From Aeromonas piscicola (GTDB lineage: Bacteria; Pseudomonadota; Gammaproteobacteria; Enterobacterales; Aeromonadaceae), in NCBI RefSeq assembly GCF_000820005.1, contig NZ_CDBL01000056.1, positions 5,096 to 29,095 of the forward strand: a stretch of 24,000 bases of DNA. Reading direction: 5' to 3'. Position numbers and translations under genes: made by a program. The notes under the pieces were generated by a model. That model did not search any database. It had not been told where the DNA came from and worked only from the letters and a program-made list of their open reading frames with translations. Below, piece by piece: positions 16,661-24,000 of this stretch (its first letter is position 1; each line of letters begins with the position of its first letter).

Positions 16661-16803
16661 CAGGTCCGGGCTCCTTTCTGGTAGCGGCAACGCTCGCTGC
16701 AATAGCGCACCTCTTGCCAGTTGCGGGCCCACTTGCGCCGCCAGGCGAAAGGGCGCAGGCAGATGGGGCAAATTTTCTCAGGCAGATGGTTTTTGCGATG
16801 CAT
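16660..16803 (-). CDS. DUF2256-family small zinc-ribbon protein (47 aa), not in the ORF track
   Basis: My hand translation of the - strand from ATG 16803 gives MHRKNHLPEKICPICLRPFAWRRKWARNWQEVRYCSERCRYQKGART*. It has the CxxC...CxxxC pattern and the RKKW...W.EV.YCSERCR signature I recognise as DUF2256. Its stop TGA shares one base (16660) with the downstream ATG (TGATG). Confidence 0.7.
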   Translation of the reverse strand: MHRKNHLPEKICPICLRPFAWRRKWARNWQEVRYCSERCRYQKGART

Positions 16804-16934
16804 GGAACTTCCGGTGGTTGGCAGCGACAGAGGCGAACAGGGTCGTGTTGGGAACTTAACGAGATGGAAGCTTAACGAACAAGGGGGCTGGGTGGATCAC
16901 CCGCGCCCTCTGCCGACTGGGGGCACGCGCGCTT

Positions 16935-16950
16935 TGTGAGCCGGCGCACA
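16935..16950. promoter_or_regulatory. CRP-like site TGTGA-N6-GCACA upstream of the tna leader
   Basis: TGTGAGCCGGCGCACA matches 9/10 positions of the TGTGA-N6-TCACA half-sites. It lies about 115 nt upstream of the leader ATG. The E. coli tna operon is known to be CRP-dependent. No convincing -10/-35 could be placed. Confidence 0.35.
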
Positions 16951-17057
16951 GCTCGTCAGTGCGCCCCTTGTCTGTGCGTTAACCAGCCGTTAACGTGGCA
17001 AGGCTGCCACTGGCAGCGTCATCATCTTTTGGCAACCAAAATATATGGAGGGGAGTG

Positions 17058-17153
17058 ATGCCAATCATGACAGCTACGCCCCGGGCAGCTTGCCTGCTCG
17101 CCCACTGGTATACCCGGGATCCCATTCTTACCTTCGACTTTCCTCACTGCTGA
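17058..17153 (+). CDS. tnaC: tnaC-like tryptophanase operon leader peptide (31 codons), not in the ORF track
   Basis: The ATG is preceded by GGAGGGGAG. The peptide is MPIMTATPRAACLLAHWYTRDPILTFDFPHC* with a single Trp codon. W17-x3-D21-x7-P29 has the same spacing as E. coli TnaC W12/D16/P24. It ends in UGA, 110 nt upstream of tnaA. Confidence 0.7.
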   Translation: MPIMTATPRAACLLAHWYTRDPILTFDFPHC

Positions 17154-17263
17154 AAGGCGGCCATCGCCCCTCGAGAAACTTAGCCGGACGACCCTGATCG
17201 TCACGGCCTCTTTGCCAATCCGTTTTTCAAGCACACTGGCCCCACGCCGGTGAGGAGTCTTAT

Positions 17264-18649
17264 ATGCGTCGTATACCCGAACCCTTTCGTATCAAGATGG
17301 TCGAGCCCATCAAGCAGACCACAGGTGCCGAGCGCCGCACCGCCCTCGAGGCCGCAGGCTGGAACCCCTTCCTGCTGCTGGCCGAAGATGTCTACATTGA
17401 TCTTTTGACCGACAGCGGCACGGGCGCCATGTCCGATCGCCAGTGGGCCGGCATCATGATGGGGGATGAGGCCTATGCGGGCAGCCGCAACTTCGTCGAG
17501 CTGGAGCGCGCAGTGCGCGACATCTTTGGCTACCAGCATGTGATGCCCACCCACCAGGGGCGAGGGGCCGAGCAGATCCTCTTCCCCGAGCTGGTCAAGC
17601 GCTGTCAGGGCAAGGCGCCTGTGTTCATCTCCAACTACCACTTCGACACCACCAAGGCCCATGTGGAGTTGGCGGGCGCGCGGGCCATCAACCTGCTCAC
17701 ACCAAAGGCCCTCGACACCACTGCTCCTTATGCCTGGAAGGGGGATTTCGATCTCGGTCGTCTGACCGACACCATAGAGACAGTGGGGGCCGACAACGTG
17801 GCCGCTGTCATCATCACGGTCACCTGCAACAGCGCAGGTGGCCAGCCGGTCTCTATGGGCAATATGCAGGCTGTTTCCGAGCTTGCACGTCGTCACCATA
17901 TTCCTGTGGTGATCGATGCCGCCCGCTTTGCCGAAAACGCCTGGTTTATCAAGGAGCGCGACCCGGATTACGCCAAGAGCAGCATCAAGGAGATAGTGCA
18001 CCAGATGTTTGACCTGGGGGACATGTTCACCATGTCGGCCAAAAAGGACGGGCTGGTCAATATCGGCGGTCTTTGCTGCTTCAAGGAGGATCTCGACCTG
18101 TTCCGCTCGGTGCAAGTGCGCTGCGTGGCGATGGAGGGGTTCGTTACCTACGGCGGTCTCGCCGGTCGTGACATGGCGGCGCTGGCCATAGGCCTGCGCG
18201 AGGGGATGGACGAGGAGTATCTGACCTATCGCATCGGTCAGGTGGCCTATCTGGGCGAGCGGCTGGCCGAGGCGGGTATCCCCATCCAGACGCCGACCGG
18301 TGGTCATGCGGTCTTTGTGGATGCCAAGAAGCTGCTGCCCCACATTCCGGGGGAGCAGTTCCCGGCCCATGCCCTGGCCTGCGCGCTCTATCTGGAAGGG
18401 GGCGTGCGTGGGGTGGAGATAGGCTCCCTACTGCTGGGGCGCGATCCGGCCACCGGCAGACAGGAGGCGGCGGACTTCGAGCTATTGCGCCTCACCATTC
18501 CGCGCCGGGTCTACACCCGGGATCACATGGACTATGTGGCTGATTGCCTCATTGCGGTGAAAGCACGGGCCAGCGAGATCCGCGGTCTCACCTTCGACTA
18601 CGAGCCGCCGCTGCTGCGCCACTTCACTGCGCGGCTCAAGCCGGTCTGA
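17264..18649 (+). CDS. tnaA: Tryptophanase (tryptophan indole-lyase, PLP-dependent)
   Basis: 461 aa. GAGGAG SD is upstream. The sequence is collinear with E. coli TnaA ([56 protein letters not shown]-lysine motif MSAKKD, KLLPHIP..QFPA.ALAC, LRLTIPR, LRHFTA.LK.V). The FDTT and ARFAENA motifs favour TnaA over tyrosine phenol-lyase. Confidence 0.92.
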   Translation: MRRIPEPFRIKMVEPIKQTTGAERRTALEAAGWNPFLLLAEDVYIDLLTDSGTGAMSDRQWAGIMMGDEAYAGSRNFVELERAVRDIFGYQHVMPTHQGRGAEQILFPELVKRCQGKAPVFISNYHFDTTKAHVELAGARAINLLTPKALDTTAPYAWKGDFDLGRLTDTIETVGADNVAAVIITVTCNSAGGQPVSMGNMQAVSELARRHHIPVVIDAARFAENAWFIKERDPDYAKSSIKEIVHQMFDLGDMFTMSAKKDGLVNIGGLCCFKEDLDLFRSVQVRCVAMEGFVTYGGLAGRDMAALAIGLREGMDEEYLTYRIGQVAYLGERLAEAGIPIQTPTGGHAVFVDAKKLLPHIPGEQFPAHALACALYLEGGVRGVEIGSLLLGRDPATGRQEAADFELLRLTIPRRVYTRDHMDYVADCLIAVKARASEIRGLTFDYEPPLLRHFTARLKPV

Positions 18650-18691
18650 CGCTACGACAGTATTAACCGGCGCTATTGGCACCTCACCCAT

Positions 18692-18727
18692 AAAAAAGCC
18701 CCCGCACCAGTGGTGCGGGGGCTTTTT
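18692..18727. terminator. Strong bidirectional rho-independent terminator between tnaA and pbpG
   Basis: A6 run, then the 12-bp stem AGCCCCCGCACC (18697-18708) / GGTGCGGGGGCT (18712-18723) with loop AGT, then a T5 run. Confidence 0.9.
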
Positions 18728-18748
18728 AGCGTGAGCGTCAGAAGCGGA

Positions 18749-19669
18749 TTATTGGCTGCTGAACAGCTTGGTCTGGGGGCTGGACTGGGCGGTCAGGCTC
18801 ATGCGGCCCGAGGTCTCCAGCCAGGACTTGATCCGCTTGGCATCCGCCACCCGGGAGTTGGGAGTATCGGCATTGAGCAACACCAGGATCACCGGCTCGC
18901 GGTTGATCTGGGTTGCCATCACCAGGCAGCGACCCGCCTCGCGAATGTAGCCCGTCTTGGAGAGGGTGACAGGCCAGCTGCCTTCACGCACCAGACGGTT
19001 GGAGTTGAGGTAGTGCAACTGGCGCTTGCCGTTGCGCACCATGCGCTCCTCGGTGGAAGAGTACTGGCGAATGAGTGGGTAGGCGGAAGCCGCCGCCACC
19101 AGCTTGGCCAGATCATGGGCGCTGGAGACGTTGCGCGGGGTGAGGCCAGTGCTGTCCGCGAACTGGGTGCTCCACATGCCAAGCATGCGGGCCTTGGCAT
19201 TCATCGCCTCGACAAAGGCGCGCTGGCCACCCGGGTAATTTCTGGCCAGGGCGGAGGCAGCGCGGTTTTCCGACGACATCAGGGCTATGTGCAGCATGTC
19301 GGCCCGGCTCAGACGCGATCCAACCGCCAGCCGCGAGCCCGTGCCCTTGAGGCGATCCACATCGGCCATGGTGACGGTCAGCGTCTCGGAGAGGCGTTGA
19401 TTGGCATCGAGCACCACCAGCGCCGTCATCAGTTTGGTGATGGAGGCAATCGGCATCACCCGATTGGCGTTGCGCTCGGACAATACCTCGCCGGTGCGCG
19501 GATTGGCCACCACGAAGGCGGCCGAACTCAGGGCCAGATCGTTGCGTTGTTCCAGAAAGCTGTTGGGGGAGTGGGACTGGGCCGCAAACGGATTGGCCTG
19601 GGCGCTCTCCATGCTGACGGGAACGAGGAAGGCACCGAGCAACAGGGTAAGAAAAGGGCGAATAATCAT
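18749..19669 (-). CDS. pbpG: D-alanyl-D-alanine endopeptidase, PBP7-type (peptidase S11)
   Basis: 306 aa with a signal peptide. The motifs are SxxK (PIASITKLMTALVVLD), SxN (LMSSENRAA) and KTG (LSKTGY). Blocks such as YPGG..AF..AMNAKA closely follow E. coli PbpG as I recall it. Confidence 0.9.
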   Translation of the reverse strand: MIIRPFLTLLLGAFLVPVSMESAQANPFAAQSHSPNSFLEQRNDLALSSAAFVVANPRTGEVLSERNANRVMPIASITKLMTALVVLDANQRLSETLTVTMADVDRLKGTGSRLAVGSRLSRADMLHIALMSSENRAASALARNYPGGQRAFVEAMNAKARMLGMWSTQFADSTGLTPRNVSSAHDLAKLVAAASAYPLIRQYSSTEERMVRNGKRQLHYLNSNRLVREGSWPVTLSKTGYIREAGRCLVMATQINREPVILVLLNADTPNSRVADAKRIKSWLETSGRMSLTAQSSPQTKLFSSQ

Positions 19670-19710
19670 GATTTGACGCTACCGTACGACTGACAGGGAC
19701 ATTTGGCTAA

Positions 19711-19739
19711 GTTATATGACGGTAATTGACGCTTCACAA
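19711..19739 (-). promoter_or_regulatory. Candidate sigma70 promoter for pbpG
   Basis: On the - strand: TTGTGA (plus-strand coordinates 19734-19739), a 17-nt spacer, then TATAAC (19711-19716). It is about 40 nt upstream of ATG 19669. This is a sequence match only. Confidence 0.3.
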
Positions 19740-20012
19740 CGTCTAATGGCCCGATATTTCAATTTTATGGGATCTTGCGCCTTGAAATGCCCATGTTGAC
19801 GGCCAAATGGCGACCCGATCCGGGAAATACCCAGCCATGAGCGAGTCTGATGGTCGTCAGCTTCACCCGTCATGGTGGCGCACTATATGCCTGTTATGGC
19901 CATGGGTGACCACTCTTTTTGCGTATTATTGTGCCTCTAGAGGCTTAACGGTCCGTTAATCCCCCTTGCCGTGGCGCAGGTGGCGCCGTCTGCGTTGAGA
20001 GATCCTGCATTT

Positions 20013-20468
20013 TCAGGCCTCTGTCGCCACTCGCATCAGCACCGAGGGAGTGCGCTCGACAAAATAGTGCCAAACATGGTCATAGAGCGCCTGCTGCCCG
20101 GGAAAGCTCACCCGCGCCTTGGCTTCGGTGAGCGAACACCAGCGATATTCGGTGTGCTCGTCATTGAGTACCACCGGCTGGTTGGGTGGGCAATAGACCA
20201 CAAAGACCGGCACCACCATCACGGTATTGGTGGCCGCCTCGTAAAACTGTTCCAGATATTGGCCGTTATAGAGCTCGGTGACGATGATGCCAGTCTCCTC
20301 GCCAAACTCGCGCATTATGGTCTGCCAGCCGGTTTCACCCGCCTCGACCGTGCCCGCAACATGGCACCAGAAGCCGCCCTTGACCCGCTTCATCAGCAGC
20401 ATTTTTATCTGGCCGTCGATTTCCGATAACGCAACACCGGAGACGGCGTGGCAGCGAATGGGGATCAT
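20013..20468 (-). CDS. NUDIX hydrolase (NudB-like size and motif; substrate unknown)
   Basis: 151 aa from ATG 20468, with AAGGTG 5 nt upstream. The Nudix box is GTVEAGETGWQTIMREFGEETGI (Gx5Ex7REUxEExGU). The longer 185-aa track ORF lacks an SD at its start. Confidence 0.8.
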   Translation of the reverse strand: MIPIRCHAVSGVALSEIDGQIKMLLMKRVKGGFWCHVAGTVEAGETGWQTIMREFGEETGIIVTELYNGQYLEQFYEAATNTVMVVPVFVVYCPPNQPVVLNDEHTEYRWCSLTEAKARVSFPGQQALYDHVWHYFVERTPSVLMRVATEA

Positions 20469-20691
20469 GTGTGCACCTTGTCGTTGCTGGGTAAGCGTTT
20501 GCATTATGGGGCTGAGCCATGGCGCTGTTGCAAGCAGTAATAACGGGCAAGCATAGCGCTGACAAGACACGATGATATCCGTTATCGCCTGTCATCGGGC
20601 AGCGTGGATCTGCCGCCGGTATGGGCGGCCTCTGGATATGAAGATGGCGATCCGTCCGGCGAGGGGCCGCCGGGCCATCAGCCACGGCTCG

Positions 20692-21876
20692 TCATCCCCC
20701 CATGATGCGGGCGGTCTGAATGGCTTGGATCAGGGCTGCGCGGTTGATGCGGGGGCGCTCCTCGTCCAGCAGCCGTTGCCAGAGGGCGATGGCCTGAGAG
20801 TAGCGACCGTGCAGGAAGTGATCGGCGGCGAGCAGCATCAGGGCGCTCACTTCCCCTGCATCCTGCTTGAGGGCGCTCTCCAGCAGGCGTGTTGCCTCCG
20901 GGGTGAGTTGCTGGCCTGCCTGGTAGTAGCGCACCGTAGCTTGGGCGGCCAGGGTGGCGGCGCTGGCGCCCCCTTCCAGCAGGGCCAGGCGCTGATAGGC
21001 GAGCCAGGCGTCCTCGTATTCGTCCCGATACAGATACAACTGGCCAAGCTCAGCCCAGCCATCGAGATCGGCCGGGTTGACCTGCAGCCGCTGGTGCAGG
21101 GCGCCCAGCTCCTTGTCCTGCAGATCCCGGGGGCTCAATCCCGCCAGGGGATCGGGTCTATCTTGATACGCCTGCCATGCCTGATAGCGGCCCGTGCCGG
21201 CATAGACGCCAGCGATCAGTGTCAGCAGCAGGGCGCCGAGCAGCAGCCAGGGCAGGGGGCGGGTTGCAGCGTGTGAGCTGGCTACCCGGGCGTGCAAGGT
21301 CTGCTCGGTGGCCGGGGTGGCATTGGCGAGCCGGGCCAGTGCCAGCTCCCGATAGAGGCGACTGTGGGGGGCGAGTCCGGCCTGCTGCTCGGCCATGATG
21401 AGCCGGTTCAGCTCGGCCCTGGGATCCTGGGCCAGGTTCCCTTGCTCCTTATCTCCAGTCAGCGGCATGCGCACCTGCTGTTTGCGCTGCAGGCTGGCGC
21501 GCAGGCGAGCAAGCGCCAGCAACAAGAGCAGGGCTGGCCCCCCCCACAGCAGCGCTGTGCTGGCCTTGAAGGGGGGATCGTAGCGCACGAAGTCGCCAAA
21601 ACGGCTGGTCATGCGGGCGATCACCTGTTCGTCGCTCTGCCCCTCATCCACCCAGCGGTAGACTTCGAGCCGCAGATCCCGGGCTATGGGGGAGTTGGAC
21701 TCCACCAGGTTCTGGTTCTGGCACTGGGGGCAGCGCAGGGCGCGGGCGAGATCCTGGGCGCGGCGCTGTCGCTCCGGGTGCTGGAACTGATAGGTATCGA
21801 CCCCGCTGGCTAGGGCGTCCTGACTCAGGGGCACGCCGACTACCAGCAGGGCGCAGAGGATGATGAAGGCCTTCAT
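20692..21876 (-). CDS. ccmH: Cytochrome c maturation protein CcmH fused to a CcmI-like TPR domain (E. coli-type long CcmH)
   Basis: 394 aa with a signal peptide. The motif LRCPQCQNQNLVESNSPIA carries the CcmH CXXC. Two TM segments follow, then a C-terminal TPR-like region (WAELGQLYLYRDEYEDAWLAYQRL...). Its ATG overlaps the ccmG stop by 4 nt. Confidence 0.88.
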   Translation of the reverse strand: MKAFIILCALLVVGVPLSQDALASGVDTYQFQHPERQRRAQDLARALRCPQCQNQNLVESNSPIARDLRLEVYRWVDEGQSDEQVIARMTSRFGDFVRYDPPFKASTALLWGGPALLLLLALARLRASLQRKQQVRMPLTGDKEQGNLAQDPRAELNRLIMAEQQAGLAPHSRLYRELALARLANATPATEQTLHARVASSHAATRPLPWLLLGALLLTLIAGVYAGTGRYQAWQAYQDRPDPLAGLSPRDLQDKELGALHQRLQVNPADLDGWAELGQLYLYRDEYEDAWLAYQRLALLEGGASAATLAAQATVRYYQAGQQLTPEATRLLESALKQDAGEVSALMLLAADHFLHGRYSQAIALWQRLLDEERPRINRAALIQAIQTARIMGG

Positions 21877-22409
21877 GGTTTGCCCTCCTGGCGGGCGGCC
21901 TTGAGCTTTGGCACAAACTGGCGCTGCCAGATATCCGTGGTCAAGAGACCCGTGTGGCGGGTGAGCAGGGTGCCATCGGCGGCAAACAGATAGGTTTCGG
22001 GCGTGCCGTAGACGCCGAGCTCCAGCGCCAACTTGCCGTTCGGATCTGCCAGCACGGCGCGATAGGGGTTGCCTGCCTCCTCAAGCCAGGCGCGGGCAGC
22101 ATCGCCCTTGTCTCTGTAGTTGAGGCCGTAGAGGGGCACTGTCTTGGCCAGCTCGGCGAGCAGCGGGTGCTCGGCGCGGCAGTTGGGGCACCAGCTGGCC
22201 CAGACGTTGAGCACGAAGGGCTCCCCCTTGAGCGCCTCGGTATGGATGGGGTCGCCGCCAAACAAACTCTCGCTTTGCCAGGCCGGCAAACTGTGGCCCA
22301 GGGTCGCCTCATCCTGACTGTAGGGGTTGTTGCCAAGGCCGAGCCAGAGCAGGGCGCCGAGGCACAGGGTCAGCAGCAGCGGTATAAAGAGGCGCAGGCG
22401 GGCTCTCAT
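21873..22409 (-). CDS. ccmG: Thiol:disulfide interchange protein CcmG/DsbE
   Basis: 178 aa with an N-terminal membrane anchor. The thioredoxin motif is NVWASWCPNCRAEHP, and GVYGTPETYL is typical of CcmG. Its start overlaps the ccmF stop by 4 nt. Confidence 0.92.
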   Translation of the reverse strand: MRARLRLFIPLLLTLCLGALLWLGLGNNPYSQDEATLGHSLPAWQSESLFGGDPIHTEALKGEPFVLNVWASWCPNCRAEHPLLAELAKTVPLYGLNYRDKGDAARAWLEEAGNPYRAVLADPNGKLALELGVYGTPETYLFAADGTLLTRHTGLLTTDIWQRQFVPKLKAARQEGKP

Positions 22410-24000
22410 GGCGCCTCCTTGGGGGGCAAGCCCGCGACTTTATGTGCAGCGGGCTGCGGTTGGGCTGCCAGCAACGGCTTGCGCCCCAGCAAACGCAGGG
22501 CGCCGCCCGCCATCATCAGCAGGCCGCCGAGCCAGATCCAGCGCACCAGCGGCTTGTAGTGCAGGCGCATGGCATACGCGTCAGGCCCCATCTTCTCGCC
22601 GAGCACCACGTAGAGATCGCCAAACAGTCCCCCCTTGATGCCGGGTTCGTTCATGTTCATGGTGCGCACGCTGTAGTGGCGCCGCTCCGGGGTGAGCTTG
22701 GCCACCTCCCGGCCATCCTTGTGCACGCTGACAGTGATGCGCTCAGCCGTATAGTTGGGGCCGAGCAGGGGCTCGCTCCCCTCGTAACGAAATTCATGGG
22801 CGCCGAGCCGGTAGGGCGTATCCGGGTTGAGCACTGTGCCCCCCTCCTGGCTATGGTGGCTCACCTGCGCGATGCCGAGTGCGCACACCGCCACCCCGAG
22901 GTGGGCCAGCAGGCTCCCCAGCCGGCTGGCACTCAGGTCGCGAGTCTTGAATGAGAAATTGAGCAGCAGGCTAGCGATTAGCCAGAGGCTTATCATATTG
23001 GCGAGGATGCCGCTCCAGCCCATGGTTCCCTGCTCGCGATAACCGAGGCTGAGCAGGCCGCCCCCCAGCAGGCCGAGCAGGGGCGGCAGCAGGATCCTGA
23101 GGCGGGAGGATACCATCAGCCCCTGCCAGCGCAGGCGCGGGATCTGGGTCATGAGCACCATCAGCACCAGCGCCAGCGGCACGAAAACAGCGTTGAAATA
23201 GGGAGCGCCGACCGAGAGCGAGCCCAGGTGCAGCGACTGGAACACCATGGGGTAGAAGGTGCCGAGCAGCACGCAGGCGCAGGCCACGCTGAGCAGCAGT
23301 ATGGCGGCGCCCAGCAGCCCCTCTTTTGACCAAAAGCCGAAGCGGGCGTAGGGGGCGCGGGTATCTGCCCGCAGCGCAAACAGGGTGAGTGCCGTGGTCA
23401 ATAGCAGACCGAGCAGCAGCAAGAGGGTGAGACCGCGATTGGGATCCACCGCGAAGGCGTGCACCGAGGTGAGCACCCCGGAGCGCACCACAAAGGTGCC
23501 GAGCAGACTGAGCGAGAAGGTGAAGATGGAGAGCAACAGTACGCCGTGGCCGTAGGCCCCGCGTTTCTCGCAGACCACGAGGGCATGGAGCAGGGCTGTG
23601 CCGAGCAGCCAGGGCAGCAGGGAGGCATTTTCTACCGGATCCCAGAACCACCAGCCGCCCCAGCCGAGCTCGTAATAGGCCCACCAGGAGCCGAGTATGA
23701 TACCGGCGGTGAGAAACACCCAGGAGCCCAGCGCCCAGGGGCGACTCCAGTGGGCCACGGCGCCGTCCAATCGGCCCGAGTGCAGCGCCGCCATGGCGAA
23801 GGCGAAGTTGACCGCAAAGCCGACGTAGCCGAGATAGAGCAGAGGCGGGTGAATGATGAGGCCGATATCCTGCAGCATGGGGTTGAGATCACGCCCTTCC
23901 AGCGGCCCCGGAAAGACGCGATCGAACGGGCTGGAGAAGATCAGGGTATAGAGGCCGAACAGCCCGACGATCAGTCCCATGATGGCCAGCACTCGGGTGG
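22406..24000 (-). CDS. ccmF: Cytochrome c heme lyase subunit CcmF (3' part; N-terminus lies beyond the window end)
   Basis: Polytopic membrane protein with the WWD heme-handling motif WGGWWFWDPVENASLLPWL. The frame stays open to the window edge. About 530 of the roughly 650 aa expected are present. Confidence 0.92.
   Translation of the reverse strand, partial: TRVLAIMGLIVGLFGLYTLIFSSPFDRVFPGPLEGRDLNPMLQDIGLIIHPPLLYLGYVGFAVNFAFAMAALHSGRLDGAVAHWSRPWALGSWVFLTAGIILGSWWAYYELGWGGWWFWDPVENASLLPWLLGTALLHALVVCEKRGAYGHGVLLLSIFTFSLSLLGTFVVRSGVLTSVHAFAVDPNRGLTLLLLLGLLLTTALTLFALRADTRAPYARFGFWSKEGLLGAAILLLSVACACVLLGTFYPMVFQSLHLGSLSVGAPYFNAVFVPLALVLMVLMTQIPRLRWQGLMVSSRLRILLPPLLGLLGGGLLSLGYREQGTMGWSGILANMISLWLIASLLLNFSFKTRDLSASRLGSLLAHLGVAVCALGIAQVSHHSQEGGTVLNPDTPYRLGAHEFRYEGSEPLLGPNYTAERITVSVHKDGREVAKLTPERRHYSVRTMNMNEPGIKGGLFGDLYVVLGEKMGPDAYAMRLHYKPLVRWIWLGGLLMMAGGALRLLGRKPLLAAQPQPAAHKVAGLPPKEAP

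Noticed and set aside
15284-16684. 466-aa + strand ORF antisense to the photolyase-family gene
   Set aside because: Shadow ORF. The opposite strand carries the conserved FeS-BCP motifs, and the translation is compositionally biased (G/A/L/V/Q) with no domain signature.
16661-16771. N-terminal extension of the photolyase-family ORF (543 aa in the track)
   Set aside because: It overlaps the DUF2256 ORF in another frame. ATG 16660 has an AAGGAG SD and gives the family-typical MELRLILGDQLN N-terminus.
17201-18370. 389-aa - strand ORF antisense to tnaA, and the 70-aa ORF 17022..17234 antisense to the tnaC-like leader
   Set aside because: Both are shadows of tnaA and of the leader region, with no SD or domain evidence.
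17264-18649. Alternative call of tyrosine phenol-lyase instead of tryptophanase
   Set aside because: Several diagnostic blocks ([46 protein letters not shown]) follow TnaA rather than TPL as I recall them. A Trp-containing tnaC-like leader also precedes the gene. Residual uncertainty is noted in the findings.
18710-19693. 327-aa + strand ORF antisense to pbpG
   Set aside because: pbpG on the - strand has SxxK/SxN/KTG motifs and a signal peptide. The + ORF begins inside the terminator hairpin.
1-24000. Search for CRISPR arrays, tRNA/rRNA genes, IS elements/transposases/integrases, prophage or defence-island signatures, and long tandem repeats
   Set aside because: None was seen on either strand. 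There are no regularly spaced direct repeats, no terminal inverted repeats flanking genes, and no mobility-enzyme motifs. The gene content is housekeeping with uniform GC-rich composition apart from short AT-rich promoter islands.

Overview
Visibly GC-rich gammaproteobacterial chromosomal window. The gene set (metR-metE, dadA, tnaA, pbpG, ccmFGH, fhuF) and its resemblance to enterobacterial and vibrio proteins suggest the core genome of an Aeromonas-like organism; that taxon is inference only. I support 20 protein-coding genes and 1 decayed gene. In order they are: a partial LysR regulator, acetoacetyl-CoA reductase, an AraC/GyrI-like regulator, a TonB-dependent siderophore receptor plus FhuF reductase, divergent metR/metE, an orphan periplasmic binding protein, a broken CBS-pair gene, a lipoprotein amidohydrolase divergent from a TetR regulator, dadA, a DUF2256 mini-protein coupled to an FeS-BCP-type photolyase, a tnaC-like leader plus tnaA, pbpG, a NUDIX hydrolase, and ccmH-ccmG-ccmF (ccmF runs off the window). 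Several clear rho-independent terminators sit between convergent genes. Many long ORFs in the six-frame track are alternate-frame or antisense shadows typical of GC-rich DNA. I saw no rRNA/tRNA, CRISPR array, IS/transposase/integrase, phage or defence-type genes. I did not find a convincing novel multi-gene system; this reads as ordinary core genome. The items most worth a second look were all invisible or distorted in the ORF track: (1) a 31-codon tnaC-like leader with the W-x3-D-x7-P arrest spacing and a C-rich spacer before tnaA; (2) a 47-aa DUF2256 zinc-ribbon ORF whose stop overlaps the start of the photolyase-like gene; (3) fhuF, which has no in-frame ATG near its expected start and is buried in a 483-aa composite ORF; (4) a CBS-pair gene with a 1-nt frameshift and an apparent internal collapse; (5) the metR-metE control region, which has an exact TGAA-N5-TTCA site.
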